Assembly: GCF_036321535.1 (NCBI RefSeq)
Contig: NC_087436.1
Span: 40,674,001-40,738,000, forward strand
Direction: 5' to 3'
DNA from: Camelus dromedarius
Taxonomy: Eukaryota
Length of the DNA stretch: 64,000 nt
Below the pieces are notes generated by a model. The model had not been told where the DNA came from and made no database searches. It saw only the letters and a list, made by a program, of their open reading frames with translations. Positions 41,843 through 54,725 of this stretch are shown here, piece after piece (position 1 is the first letter of the stretch; every line of letters begins with the position of its first letter). The translations under genes were made by a program, and so were the position numbers.

Positions 41843-42712
41843 CATAAACCAGATACTCATCCATGTCCCTCCATGAGGTTATAGAAGCTAACCCATTGCC
41901 TACTGGCACTTCAGCGCAACTGGCTAAAATAATTGCCCTAACATGAGCCTTGTAGTTTGCCCAAGAAAAGAAGACCTGCCAACAGCTCTTTTACAAACCA
42001 TGGTAGCTCCCAAGGCAACCATGGGCCTTAGTCCTTATAAAGCTCTCGATGGAAGACCATTTATTCGGACAGAGACACTGATAATAAAATCACCCCTTTG
42101 GGGCATATGCCCAAGCTCTTAATTCCCAAACACTCTAAATAATTTGGGCTAAAAAATGGGACCTCACGTGGCAATAGGATCTCCTTTGTATCCCCCTGGC
42201 ACTTGGGTGTTGATCAAAGCCTGGAAAGACATCTCCCTAGCCTCCCAACTTCAAACCGTATGGAAAGGGCTGTACCCTGTTCTTCTATCTTCTGCCACTG
42301 CAGTAAAGGTTCCTGGAATTGCCAGCTGGATACATCATACCTGAGTAAAATCTTGGAAATCCACCCAAGAAGACCAATACATTAAAAACCCGGACCCTGG
42401 CATCCAAGACACCTCAGATTCCACATATTCTTGCAAACCTATTAGTGATCTGTGACTGCTTTTCAGCAACGCTTTGGGTTAATCAAACTTCAAATGGCTA
42501 TACAACAAGGTAATCAACCAACCAGCCTAGATGGCTTTGACACAAACCCCCTGAATGGACACTGACCCTTCACTCACCACCTGCCCGGTGACAGGCAGCT
42601 AGTCTAGAACCCCAACAAGCCCCTTCATTGCCCCAGATCAGCAGGAAGTAGCTAGAGCAGTTGTCACCCTCTATATCCCAAAGATTTGGGGTCCTATGGC
42701 TAGAGGGGGGAA
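41843..42712 (+). pseudogene. pol: Class I (gamma-like) ERV internal remnant: RNase H piece, integrase C-terminal part, env 3' stub, polypurine tract
   Basis: My translation: EVIEANPLPTGTSAQLAKIIALT*AL (RNase H, 41875-41952); LPTALL...GLSPYKALDGRPF (integrase); PPGTWVLIKAW...WKGLYPVLLSSATAVKVPGIASWIHHT (IN C-terminus); YSCKPISDL; IKLQM (env TM tail); PPT agaggggggaa at 42702-42712. Confidence 0.9.
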
Positions 42713-43112
42713 TGTTAGACAGTTAGATAGAAATGAGCACCAGGGGAGAGGAAAGGAAGGGGGAAGGAGCAACTCAGAAAATAACAGTATGCCTGGGCTC
42801 AGGATAAGGGGCTCCAAAAACTTACTTTCTCTAAATGAAAGCCAGCGAAGAAGCTGGCTAGAATCACTGTGGCTGACATCAATCAAGCAGTCACAAAAAC
42901 ACTTCCTAAGCCAGGAAATAAGAACAGGAAAAACAAAGGAGCAGGAACATTTTTCCTCCACCCCCATTTCTCAGAAGTGCACTATATTTTACCACCTTTT
43001 TACTTTACTAATAAAATCTTCTGTTTATATCATGCTCTCTGTCTCCCATTAGAAATTCATCTTTTTTTCTACTAAGAACCAAGGTAACTTTTTTCCCCTC
43101 CTCCTGGAAACA
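42713..43112 (+). mobile_element. ERV 3' LTR (~400 bp)
   Basis: Starts TG directly after the PPT (tgttagacagttagatagaaatgagcacc), AATAAA at ~43010, ends ggaaaCA. Homologous to 63529-64000. Confidence 0.9.
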
Positions 43113-44453
43113 GTATGATTGCACTTATATGAGGTACCTAAAATAGTCAAAATCATAGAAGCAGAGGATAGGACAGTAGTTGCCAGGGGCTGATGGGAGA
43201 GGGAGATGGGGAATTGCTGTCCAATTGGTATAAAGTTTCAGTTATACAAGATGAATATGTTGTAGAGATCTGTTTTACAATATTGTACATTTGTTAACAA
43301 TACTGTGTTGTACACTTAAAATTTTATTAGAGGAGATACCAAGGTTTAGCCACAATTTTAAAAATGTCAGATCAAAACTGTTCTCTGGATGGCAGTAAAC
43401 TTAAAGATTGGTAATGTACAAACTAATAATATAATTAACTCCCCAAAATTATTTTTAAAGTATTCATTAACTACAAGTATTCAGAATGCCTGATATGTAC
43501 AAAGCCATACATCTTTTTCAATATGAAACACAACTAACTCTTGAAGCAAATCAGCTGATAGTGAGAAACATTTTATTGGAATTAATAATCAGGCTCCAGA
43601 CTACTTCCATTAAATATCAAGCAATGCCCATGTGAGGTTTTACAAATAACTTTTAACTTCTAAATCATCAAAATTTCAGTTTTATCTCTCTAAAATCCTA
43701 GAAGAGATTTTATATCTGAATTATCGTACTTATCTCTTATCTCAGTCAATAGAAATATAAACCATACTCTCACTGTAGAAGATATAGAGAGGATACAGAG
43801 CTGCCGACAGGGTTGTGGGCAAAGGTATTTTAAAGTTGACTTAGGCAGTTCACAAACCTGTACATTATCAAGATGTCATAGCCACTTATTTAAACTCATT
43901 ACTGTCCCCATCTGTAAAAATAAGTAGGAATATATGTTAACGAACATGAACTATCACTGTATCCTGAATTTCCTTTTAAATTTTTGATATTTCCCATTTT
44001 ATTTGCAGGTCTTTCCCTCTACCTTCAGTGTCGCTGTCCTCTGATGTGGCATTTTACCCTCATCTTTCATTTTTTCTGTATTTTATACATGAGCAATTAA
44101 AAGCTTATCCTTCTAAAGGATAATGGGTCCCATAAAACACCCAAATATATACAATCTGTATCTTTCTCTCGAGTTGTTGCCCCAGATAACCATATAAGCA
44201 CATCTTTGCTTAAAGATTTGGTAAGCACCTCAAAAACTCTCATATTTAATACTTTAATGCATGGAGTCCACCGTGTCCCTCATTTGTTAAAAAAATCTAG
44301 TCTATATATAAATACCTGAACTACACTTATTAACCTCAAAATAAAGCTGTAAATAATCTTGTTAATGTTCTATCAACACCCTATGTGTAACATGGATTCC
44401 TATTAAATATAATCATTAAATATCTCCCTGGCTAATTGGAGATTCTAAATATA

Positions 44454-45073
44454 TGAAAGGGAGCAAAATTTTCCACCCCAAAATATGCTTATTTGGCATA
44501 TGAATTGTTTTGAGCTGCTTATTTTTAAGCTACAGTAGACACCAATCTCTGAAAACAGAGTAGAAGTTACTCTGTGTAAGGGACATCTACATTTATAAGG
44601 GTAACTTCCATCTGAGATTTCCCTTATAAGTGTAGATGTCTCCTTCTCTGTACCAGAAAGAAGAATGACTAAACTTCAGGCACTTTCTCATAACTGGCCT
44701 TCCCCCCACCCACTCAATGCTTATTTAAATTGAAGTATAAATGACATACATTATATTAATTTCAGGTAAACAACATAATGCAATATTTGTATATATTATA
44801 AAAAGATTACCAAAACAAATCTAATTAACATCTATTATGTACAGACTTACAAAACTTTTTTTTTCCCCCATCTTTCTTTTGTCTTTATCTTGAGGTGGTA
44901 TTTAGGTTATGGCTTGGACCATTTCAGAGATTTATTTACTTTTCCTGCGTATCTTCCATGTACACAGGAGATACACATGTTAGTAAATGTTTTTCTCCTG
45001 TTAATCTGTTTATTAGAGGGGGTCTTACAGGAACCTAGAAGAGTAGAGTAAAAATTCTTCTTCCTCTCCAACA
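44454..45073 (+). mobile_element. ERV1 5' LTR (MER34/MER4-group-like) containing a nested L1 3' stub at ~44722-44862
   Basis: TG start, 'ccaccccaaaatatgcttatttggcatatgaattgttttgagctg', ends 'cttcctctccaaCA' just before a PBS-like sequence. Confidence 0.8.
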
Positions 45074-45076
45074 GTT

Positions 45077-45094
45077 TGGTGACCCACAATGGGA
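45077..45094 (+). other. Degenerate primer-binding site, most like tRNA-Arg
   Basis: tggtgacccacaatggga, 3 nt after the LTR end; resembles TGGCGACCCAGATGGGA (from memory). Confidence 0.6.
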
Positions 45095-46439
45095 ACTTTC
45101 GAGACACTGTACTCAATTTGGAGCCTGCAGGAGGGATTCTAGAAAACTGGCAGAAGCTAGAAAAGGGTAAGACTCCTCACCCAGCCAGCTCTTCTAGATC
45201 TCTCTCTGCAGTGCCTAGTTGAGAGAGGAAGGTAAAAATGTCTTAGCCTTTCTCCTCCAAATTTAGGTTCTTAGAAGAAAGTATTTGTGAAAACTAGTTT
45301 CTTGGGTATAGCAACTCTGGTAACGATTTTTGTTATGAGAACTCTTGTTTTCCACTAATCCCTTTCTTCCCAGAGATAGTTATTGTTTTCCTCTGTTTTT
45401 GTGCCATTTGTCATAAGGAGAAAACAATAGGCTAAATGAGGTTTTCCTTTCTTTCTGTTCTGTTTCTTGAGAGCGTGACTTTGTGACCAGTAAGGATGTT
45501 CTCCCTGGCCTGTCAGCCAAAGATGCAAGTGTTTGCTTGCACTGGCAGCCAGCTGAAGAGCCTGGGAATCCAAGGCAATCAAGTGGCAAGCCACATCCTC
45601 TTTGTTCAACTGTGCCAGCTCTCAGGGGAGTTTGTCTCAAGGGGTCCCAGTCCAAAGGGGCCTTTGTCCTTCCAACTATCATTGTCCCATTGGTACTGAA
45701 AAATCCCATTGCAGTAGTGCCTGTCTGGTGTCATAGATTAGTGGATCTTTAACTGGAGCCATCCCACATTCTTGTAGGAGCCCGAAGACACTGCTTTTAA
45801 AAACCCCATTCTTACAGCCTGTAACAGCAAAGGCGTATGCATCTTAGGCTAACTGGGAGTGAACTTCCTGGGCCTCACAGGGCTATGTCTTTTACATCCT
45901 TAGTGCATGCCTCTTGCATCCATGTTTAAGCCATAAAAAACCTTACTGGGCTGAGTCACCACTGAGGAAAACACACTACTGAAAATCCTACTTGTCAAAG
46001 GCCAGATGGATTCTTTGAATTGGAAAAACTTCTATATTAAAAAAAGAATTTTAGAGAGCCCTCATCTAAACAGCTATCTTACTGGTAACTATGGAAAGGC
46101 CACGCTGAAAAAAAGGACATAAAGGAGAACAAGGATTCCCTTAAGAAATAAAACAAAGCCTTTTCCCTCCACTTTCAGAAGATTCTACCAAATTTTGAGA
46201 GGAATGGGAAAGATCAATAGACAGCCATAACCCCACTCACAGGGACCCTGACTGGCTGCTAAGGGATGTTCTCACCTGTGGTTATGCTGTATTTATCAGA
46301 CAAGCCAGATGGTCCCCTGGGGGAAATCCCCCCAAAAGAGGAAACAGATGAGCAGAATTTTTCCCAGACCCTCCTATAAATGATTAGGAAATGGATCAGC
46401 AGGAAGATGATGTGTTCAGGAGCTGACAGAAACAATAGC

Positions 46440-46835
46440 AGAGCCTTTTCCTTGACACTCAGGGGAAAAAAAGTGAGCATTTATACAGATTTTACAAAGG
46501 TATGCCGCATTCATCCCTGAAGCTCCAGAGCATAAGAATCTTTTTGATTGCCATCTTAGTTTGAAATCATCTCCTAAAATAAAGAAGCTAATTGAAGAAA
46601 GCATAGTTGGATGGGCAGATAAGCTCACTGATATCGCTCAGGCTGCAATCTAATTCTTTGAGGAAAGAAAAGCAACTTTATCTTACAAATCAAGTGTTTA
46701 CAAGAACAGAAATTCAGCTCTAGAAGGTGTTCAAAATCCACATATCCTTTTGGACAAGCCCCAAACCTCCCCTATTTATCTCAAAATACTTGCAGATATT
46801 GTTAAAAATCAGAATATTGAAAACAGAACTGTCCT
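46440..46835 (+). pseudogene. gag: Degenerate gag (capsid C-terminus + CCHC zinc knuckle)
   Basis: QRYAAFIPEAPEHKNLF...SPKIKKLIEESIVGWADKLTDIAQAA; 46791-46832 reads C-RY-C-*KSE-Y-*KQN-C, the exact CX2CX4HX4C spacing with H replaced by Y. Confidence 0.75.
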
Positions 46836-47032
46836 TACTTATGAAAAATGAAAATTTAAATAGTAACCAATCTAGACCTTTGGTAATAGGCAAATTGACT
46901 CTAATACTCCTTGGAGAAAACTTGAATACTTTCTCCATGCCTTTGAGATATCAATTTTCTACCCTGTCTTCTCTAGAATCTGACCTTTCTCTCCTTGAAA
47001 TGCACACTTCAGGGAAATCTTCTCAGGAACGC

Positions 47033-47041
47033 AAAAAAAAA

Positions 47042-47073
<32 letters not shown>
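47033..47073 (+). repeat. Poly(A)/A-rich tract
   Basis: About 28 A followed by gaaagaaaagaaaa. Confidence 0.95.
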
Positions 47074-47074
<1 letters not shown>

Positions 47075-48479
47075 TGAAACAGCAGCTATTAAGTCGTCTC
47101 TACAAATATTAGTAAGAACCTTTAGCCATCTAAGCAGTGAAACTTACCTATTCCAACCATCAGAAATAAAATTTGGATTCAACTATTATTTATAAACTAG
47201 TGAGTTTGTATGATACTGCCTGTCTCATTACTAAATATTTTAAATGTAAGCTATAAGATCTGTGTCTATATGTTTATGTATGTCTATAAATGTATATTGT
47301 AGATGTGGGATATTCTTTTCTACCTCTGGATGGTATCACCAAAATTAATTTATAAAAGAACTCTATTTAGTTGGCCTAAAATAAGTGCTGGTATGAATTA
47401 AATATTTCAAAACTTTCAGAAATAGAAATTCAAGTATTTCTAAAGTTCATGTGATTAGGGATAATTTTTAGTAAATAAAAGGCAGTTGAAGTTTGTTGGT
47501 TAAATGAAAATAGGAGTATTTTCAGAGTTATCAGCATTAAATACAATGCAGTTATGCAACTTTTATTCTCGATAGCTTTGCTAGTCACAAGTTTATGTTA
47601 TCTCTGTTACCAACTTTACCAGCAAGAAAAGTAATTTAGGATGACATTTAAGTTTGTCTAATTGAAGTGGGAGGAAAGAGACATTGTTACTATTAAAGTT
47701 AAGGAAGACTAGATGAATTGGGTCAAGTAGGTAGAAACTTTAAGATGAAATTCTCTGTTCAATCGACAGTTAAAAGGCATGTAATCTGAAAGGCATGATG
47801 GAGCACATAATGGTCTTTTCATCAGGTCAGTGAGGTAGGATAAGAGGCGACTATTGAAGGCTTAACTTAATTGAACCCATAATCAGATCTAGAGTAGTAG
47901 CTGATGGATTGAGGACTTACACCACAGCCTCCTGGGAGGGAACAAAGGCAAAGTCAAGTCCTGAATGTATTCAGGACCCAGAAAAGCAGACTGAGATTCA
48001 GGACTGAGCCTAGTTTTCAGTGAGGAAATGGAAAGTGAATCAGGCATCCAAGGTAAAGGCCATTGTACGGCCAGGATGAAGGAGGCTGGAGTGGAGAGGA
48101 GACTGCGGCTGCACCTTGGGTGCCCAGGTGCCCGGACACTGCAGCCTGTCAATCACTCAGGGAGGCAAGATGAGGTCAACCTTATTTCAGGACATAGCTT
48201 TTCTTAACCTTCTGATTATAGTGAAAATTTTAATAGGAATCATACTAATATTAGTATAATGTAAGCCAAAATGTTCCAACTATCTGAAAAAAATATAATC
48301 TTATAAAACAACGGTTTAAGTGAAATAAAATAAAGATAATACCTTACTCCCAAACTTATAAGACTTTTAGTAACATCAGTATATGCTGAAAAGTTATATA
48401 ATACCTGTCAGCATTTTTATTGTAACTGTCTAATACTAAAGAATGAATAAGTAGAATCACATACGATATTTAAATGGTT

Positions 48480-49060
48480 ACCAAAGACCAACAAAAAGTT
48501 AAAAACTATTCCACTAGGGACAGCTACCACAGATTGCCATCATTATTTAATACTGCCTAAGTTTCTGGCAAATTTATATACACATGCACACAAGATAACT
48601 GGTAAAAAAAAATCGTTTTTAATCTGTTTTTATAACTGACCAGTCCAACAGGATTTTTTTCTAAGTTGGGATAACTTGTAAAATTTGGTGAAGTGGCTGG
48701 ATATAAAAACAATCTATAAAAGACAGATTTTGTCTACTTGAGCAAACAGTACATAGAAATGAAAATGAGAATTTCAGGCTGAAAATAATACTTAGAAATT
48801 CGTATAAACGGAAAGTAGAAATACATATAAATGAAAAGTATCAGGACCTATACGAAGGGTATGAAATGATACTGAAACATAAAACAAGTCTGAACAAGGG
48901 GAAAGATATACCATCTTTATATATTCTGTGTGCATTTCTTTCAAAGTACTATATGAATTTAATTGATTCTATTAGGAATTTTTTACTAAGTTCTCTTTTT
49001 TTGTTTGTTGTGTTTGTAACACAATCTGGCACCTGCATGATAGCATTCTTGGAATAAGTA
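48480..49060 (+). mobile_element. Highly decayed L1M ORF2 remnant
   Basis: 'aatttggtgaagtggctggatataaaaacaat', 'ctgaacaaggggaaagatataccat'. Confidence 0.5.
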
Positions 49061-52000
49061 TATGCACTCGTGTCAAAGAGGGAAAGTGACCTTGAGAAAC
49101 AGGGAGGAAAACACACTGACAACACTAATATAAATATCTGAGGTGAACTCTGCTTCACATTATTTTAGCTGATGCAAATTGTTGCAAAGGAGAGAACATT
49201 TAACATGCAGGTGAATCCAGCAGAGAGTTTTGGACTTAGTATTCAAATAAAACCCTGAGAAATGCAAAATTTAGCCAAAAAAAATAGGCCAGTGGATGCC
49301 AAACACCTAGTTTAGATTTAGTTTTCCATTTAGTTTACTTGGTGTTTTGATGTTATATTACATACATATTAAAAACTATTATCTTGAAGCAAAAACTGTG
49401 AAACAAACATAATTCAGAAGAATGCTTATATTTTTTAAGACACTTTTACAAATGGAGAGATGCATTATGTAAGTGAAATATTCCGAAGCATTCTTCGGCT
49501 TTTGATAACATCCCTTCCTTGGTTCACCTCTGGTATTTTCATGCATTGTATTTTCCCAGTCTCATTTTTTCTGAAACCCGGTTGAAAAGTTAAAATACCT
49601 TTGGACTATTTAAAGGCCTGTCCAGGACCTTCAATTAAGGCTGCCTCATGTATGCCCAGGGGAAAAGAAATCCCTGAAAAATCAACACTCCTACCTGAGA
49701 GACTAAGAGCACTTAGGTCCTCAGGAATGACTTCAGTTTCTAACATAATGACATTTTTTTCAGGTTATTGTTAATATCTTTCTCAATTGAATTTCTTGTT
49801 CATATTACACATTCACGGCTTATAGAGACATCTGAGAGTGCCTGGTGGAATATCATCTCTCCTCACAACTATGCCCAACGACTCAGGCACCACTGCAAGA
49901 TTGTGTAGACCTTAAAGAAGATCATCTTTGTTGGCACCGATTGGTGGAGTCAGAGGTGAAGAACAGCTGAAGGTGTTTAGAGAAAACACTGTCATTGTGT
50001 TCCCAAGAGATGGAAAAGCACTTTCTATGAGGAAATGAAGACCGAAACCAGAGTTCCTTAAGAGTCTCTGATGACAAAACTACATTTTCCTATCTTCTTA
50101 CTTCTTCTACTAGTCCAATGTGCAAACCAACACATTCTATCTTTTCTCCCTAGTTATGTAGTTTCAGTAGTGGTAATCATTTCATTGTGTACGTGTGGGG
50201 CAATCCAGGTGCATGAGATTGTTCAGTATAGTACAAATACGAACCCTTGGTCACTCACAGCACATGCATGTGCACACACCCTTCCTCTAAAGACACATCT
50301 GAGGGGGCATTGGCCATGATGAATTTTCAATTTCTTGTGTGAAAGAATAGTAAACTTATACATATTACAAGTTCAGTAAATAATCATTCAATTAGTACTT
50401 AATATTGAAAGGTAATTACCAGGCTCAATTTAAAAGATGTTTTAACTATTGTTAACTAATCCCCAGCAAAGGGGCTCTGGACCTAGAACTAGTTGAATGA
50501 GTATCTTATTCTAAAATTATTGAACACAATGCATTTTGGCATGTATCCTTATGAAACTGTACTTGAAATGCTCTAGGAACCTTCAGCAAAAGGTCTCCAT
50601 CAAGTTAAAAAAAAATGGAGAAAAGAAATGCAGAAGAGATATGTCCTTGGAAATTGTTCCTGCTCCTTTCCATTTTCTCCTGTGGATATTTTACAAGTTT
50701 TAATGTCCAGTAGATACCTGTCTATAACTGGTGATCAACATGTATTTCATAAGTGAATTAAATCCAGTAGGAGACAAAACTTAATATTCTGAATTACAGG
50801 AGCCCACTAGGGTTAGTAGATACCTTGAAGTACAGTCAGCAATAATTTGTTCACAACTATCTAAATCAACAATTAGAGAATCAAGGCACTTATTTCATGA
50901 TATGGATATTTACTAAGAAAGAACCAACTACACAGCTGATTTAAGGAAAAAATTACCACATTGGAAGCAGAAATAAAGAACTGTAAGAGGGAGAAAATTC
51001 CAATTATCCAGACTACTTATTGATCTCTTGAGTAGAACTCAAACTTTAAATTATAAATTCATACTTTGTTATATTTTATGGAAAGCTAATGTCTAAAGTC
51101 CTAACCAAAATGCTATTTTAAAGGGTCAACATTAGCCTCTGCCAACTAAGGTCCAAAAAAAATGCCCTGGGTAAGAGATTCTACCTCAGAAATGGCCATA
51201 CATTTTGATAAATTCCCTTCCTTCACAATAATGATTCCTCCTCTGAGTTAAAAATTCTTTTCTTTTTTCCCTCTTTATCAAAAAGGGTCAATGAGCTAGA
51301 GTCATGCAATGTGGAAGAAAGTGTTAACAGTAAATTTGTAACCTGCTACCTAAAATACAGGTGGCAAATATATATCAACCTTAAAAAAAAAAAAAAAAAA
51401 AAAATTCTCGTAGCTAACTGTATGTCCCAAAGACAAGGAAGGATTTCCTGGTCTTGCCTGGGAGAATTTCTGTTTAGGACCAACCCTCCCCCATCTAAGG
51501 CCCAATGTGTGATGGGAAGATAGAGCAAGGATAGCCAAATCCATGATTTGGGTATTACTGGCCCAATGATCAAATCCAGAGTAGAGTTTTAAATTACTTG
51601 TAATGGGACACCAAGCATGTATGTTTGAATAATCTGAACAAATATAAATAACTTTAGAAAAATATGTATGAAATATTAAAATAAACTACTTTGTGACACA
51701 TTTTTGTGTTAAATATCAATAAATTTACAGCACAATCAAATGACAAATAACAGTACTTGCAAACTGAACACTAACTTGAGCAACCTAACTAGAAGTGATC
51801 GATAGGTCTTTTTATTGATTTGACTAAAAACTTAATGGAGTATTTCACTTTTTGCTGTGTAAAGCAGTAACGAGTCTTCAAATAATTCCTTGAATGTCAC
51901 ATGACTAGAATATTTCCTAAATAAATATGTTAAGTGGTCAGTTACACAAGTCACTTCCATTTTTACCAGATCTTGAAATCATTTCAAGTTCAATTCATGA

Positions 52001-54429
52001 TTAAAAGGACATTAATAGTGAAACTAGAGGTTTTTAAGAAGTGGTATTTTCCCACAATTCAAGTTAGACATTAAACCTATAAGTACAGTCATTTAAACTG
52101 ATTTTAAATTCCAATTTAACTAAAAGCCAGTACTTCTCATTCATTCTAGTTAGACACAGAAAACAAACAAAAAACCAGAATAGAACAAAAAAGATAACTA
52201 CCACCCCTAACGGAATAAATTCAGAGGTAGTTTTTGAAGCTAACATTTCTCTTCAACTGTATGTTCATGTGGATTAGAGTGCGAGGTATTTGAGTATCTT
52301 CATGGAATCAGCAGAAATTCTAGGCACAAAGTAAATTCTTTGTTAAGAATAATGATTGAAAAAATTAAGGATTTGGTAATTTTATTTGTCATTAAGATGA
52401 TTACTTCTTTAAAATGGAACACTGCAGTAAAAGTTAAACTCCTATCTGAAACACTTTGCTTAGCAAAGTCCTTTACTTTTTAATGTGATGTGTTTCTCTT
52501 TTGTATTGCTTAAGTTAGAAAGTGATCTTAACAGATTTTAAATTTTGCCATTTTTTAAAAATCACAGTTCATTACCATGATAGTATCATATTACATTCAA
52601 AATAAGCATGTAAGGCAAGATTTTGACTTCCACTTTTTTCTGGGAAGAAATGATAAGCTTTCATGCTCAGAGATGGCCAAATATTTAAGGAGACTGGAAA
52701 ATTACTAAAGTAGCTGAAATGCAACATAAGAGAAACCAAAGTCTGTCTGCAACACTGAAGGCACAATTGAGGTGAACGCTCTAAACTAACAGCAGGAGCA
52801 CCAAGATCCCACAGTTTCATACAGGAATATTCAGTTGCCTCAGATTTGACACAGAGAACAGTAACACAGTTTGAGTTTTTCACACTGTAGTTTTACCAAA
52901 TAAGTTTAAATATGGAACATTGGGAAAACTTAGCTGAGATAATATGCCTTGCTGGAGTGCTGGCAGTACAAATAAAAAGCTGATTAAAAAAAAAAAAAAA
53001 CTAAAAAACTTAGCTGTTACAGGATTGGGATTTTCAGTAAGGCCAAAGAAGAAATATAGTGGGAATAACTGAATGAGAAAGATTGACCTAAAATATAGGA
53101 TTTGAACTTGATTTCAATGATTGGAAAGTCACTGTTATTTAGAAGAATGTATCCTTAAAGCAGTCAGGCAAGGGAGTTCAGTGGATAAGAGGGTATCATG
53201 TAACAAAGACTAGATGATGGGTATTCCAGATAAAAACCAGAAGTCAGCAAGAATCTCCAAAAGGATAGAAACATTTGACCAAGATTCCAAAACCAACAGA
53301 ATAAGAACATAAATTTGAGAAAAATGGTAGCGAGAGTGCTACAGCTTTGTATTTTTTAAGCTCTGTAGAAGACGGCTATGTTACAAAAGGTGGTGGTGAG
53401 GAGAGGAGAGCAGCATCAAGAAGCAGCAGCAAAGGACATCACCTGAGTCTGTTCACATGTTTTTGTTTTTACACATCTCTTGTTTTTACCATGCGTGTGC
53501 AAGAATGAACACTATTTACCTGAGAGGTAATAAAGTTTCCAGTTTCAGTACAAGTCAACGAAGGGAATGTGGGAGAAGTTAGGTCGAGAATTTGTTTCTC
53601 CAAAAATATAGAGGTTCCAGAGTATGTGGTGAAATGATCTGGGGATAAAAGATGGAGTTTTGGGTGAGAGGAAAGTAACCATAGGCCCTTATGGGATGAT
53701 ACTGTGGGAGACGATACACAGCCAGAGAGGACCCCGTTGTGGGGAGTCACAGGGGTGACTGGATGACAGGAATAGAAAACTCAGTGATGTTAACTGATCA
53801 CAACATTTTCTGCAGTATTGCTTAAAACAACACCCAGGTAGACTAGAGCTCATCCAGCCATATTGCAGACAGTCAGCACTGACTTGTTAGACTGCACTTC
53901 TGATGGGTATTTAGTCTCTAAAAATTATGGGGACTCTATCCTGTCTGAAAGATGTATGTCTTAAGATTCTTTTTTTTAATAAATAATACATGGGGCCCCT
54001 GGTAGAGGCTCAGGGTTTAATGCCACTTGTATTTAGGATCATAGGGTTACAGGTGTGAAACATGTAATTAAAAAAAGTATTTTTATATATTCAACTAAAA
54101 AGAAAAATCAGTAAATTAAGTAAACATAGGGCTTTATTCTAAGTAGCAAGAAAATACTACTAAATACTGAAATTTCTTAGGACTAATTAAAACTCGTATT
54201 AGGAAAAAAGTCTTGGCCTTGTAAATAACTTAATCAATAAAAGAGTCAGCTTCAGATAAATATCTGGATATAAAAAGGAAAAACATAGCTTGATGAAAAC
54301 AAATACACATTCCACCCATGCTGGATTCTGAACACACTGAGACCTAAGTCAAAAACAGAAGCAGATGGGTCCAAACTTTTGACTTTATTCCAGATAGAGG
54401 CCAAAGTGAAGAATGGACCTTCAGGGGTG

Positions 54430-54725
54430 CTTGTCAAGTGAGCCTCAGGCTGAAGCCAGAATGAGGCAGAGCTACTAAGCACGGCACAGGCCAGGCTGGG
54501 CAGCGAAGCGCACCCCCGACAGGGCAGAGCTCCGCACAAGCAGCGGCCTGGAGGGCGGAGGGCCTCCGCTCTCCGCAGCGGGCTGGCTCTGGAGAGGAGG
54601 CTGGGAGCCAGTCGTGTCCTGCTGTTCTCGCACTAACCCCCAGCAAAACACAGCCCCTCTTCCCCACTCGGGGAAAAGTGAGTGAAGGAGAAGACAGCCT
54701 AAGAACACACTCGGGGAACACCTGT
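54430..54725. promoter_or_regulatory. CpG/GC-rich patch, candidate promoter or enhancer
   Basis: About 300 bp with more than 10 CpGs and a GC box (gagggcggag); no repeat family recognised; AT-rich flanks. Confidence 0.45.

Larger units (their letters stand above)
38931..43364 (+). mobile_element. Older L1 (L1MA9/L1MB-like), ORF2 EN to 3'UTR, interrupted in its 3'UTR by an ERV fragment (41843-43112)
   Basis: Decayed ORF2 throughout ('ggaacaaggcaaggatgtccact'). The 3'UTR 'gggcaaatactg' resumes as 'gtatgattgcacttatatgaggtaccta' after the ERV. Confidence 0.9.
45095..47660 (+). mobile_element. ERV1 internal region (MER4-group-like, non-autonomous), no 3' LTR seen
   Basis: Follows LTR+PBS, contains gag remnants, then AT-rich MER4-int-like sequence ('ataaactagtgagtttgtat...aagctataagatctgtgtctatatgtttatgtatg'). 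Confidence 0.7.

Noticed and set aside
46439..46495. 'RAFSLTLRGKKVSIYTD' resembling retroviral RNase H
   Set aside because: It lies upstream of capsid-like and zinc-knuckle sequence, so it is better explained as an off-frame reading of gag.
47958..47977. Hairpin gtcctgaat-gt-attcaggac (also a 16-bp AT palindrome at 48242-48257)
   Set aside because: Short stems like these are expected occasionally in 64 kb; there is no supporting context.
49830..49910. Peptide 'NIISPHNYAQ' vaguely like a CUB-domain start
   Set aside because: Short, ends in a stop, and lacks the other conserved residues and good splice sites.
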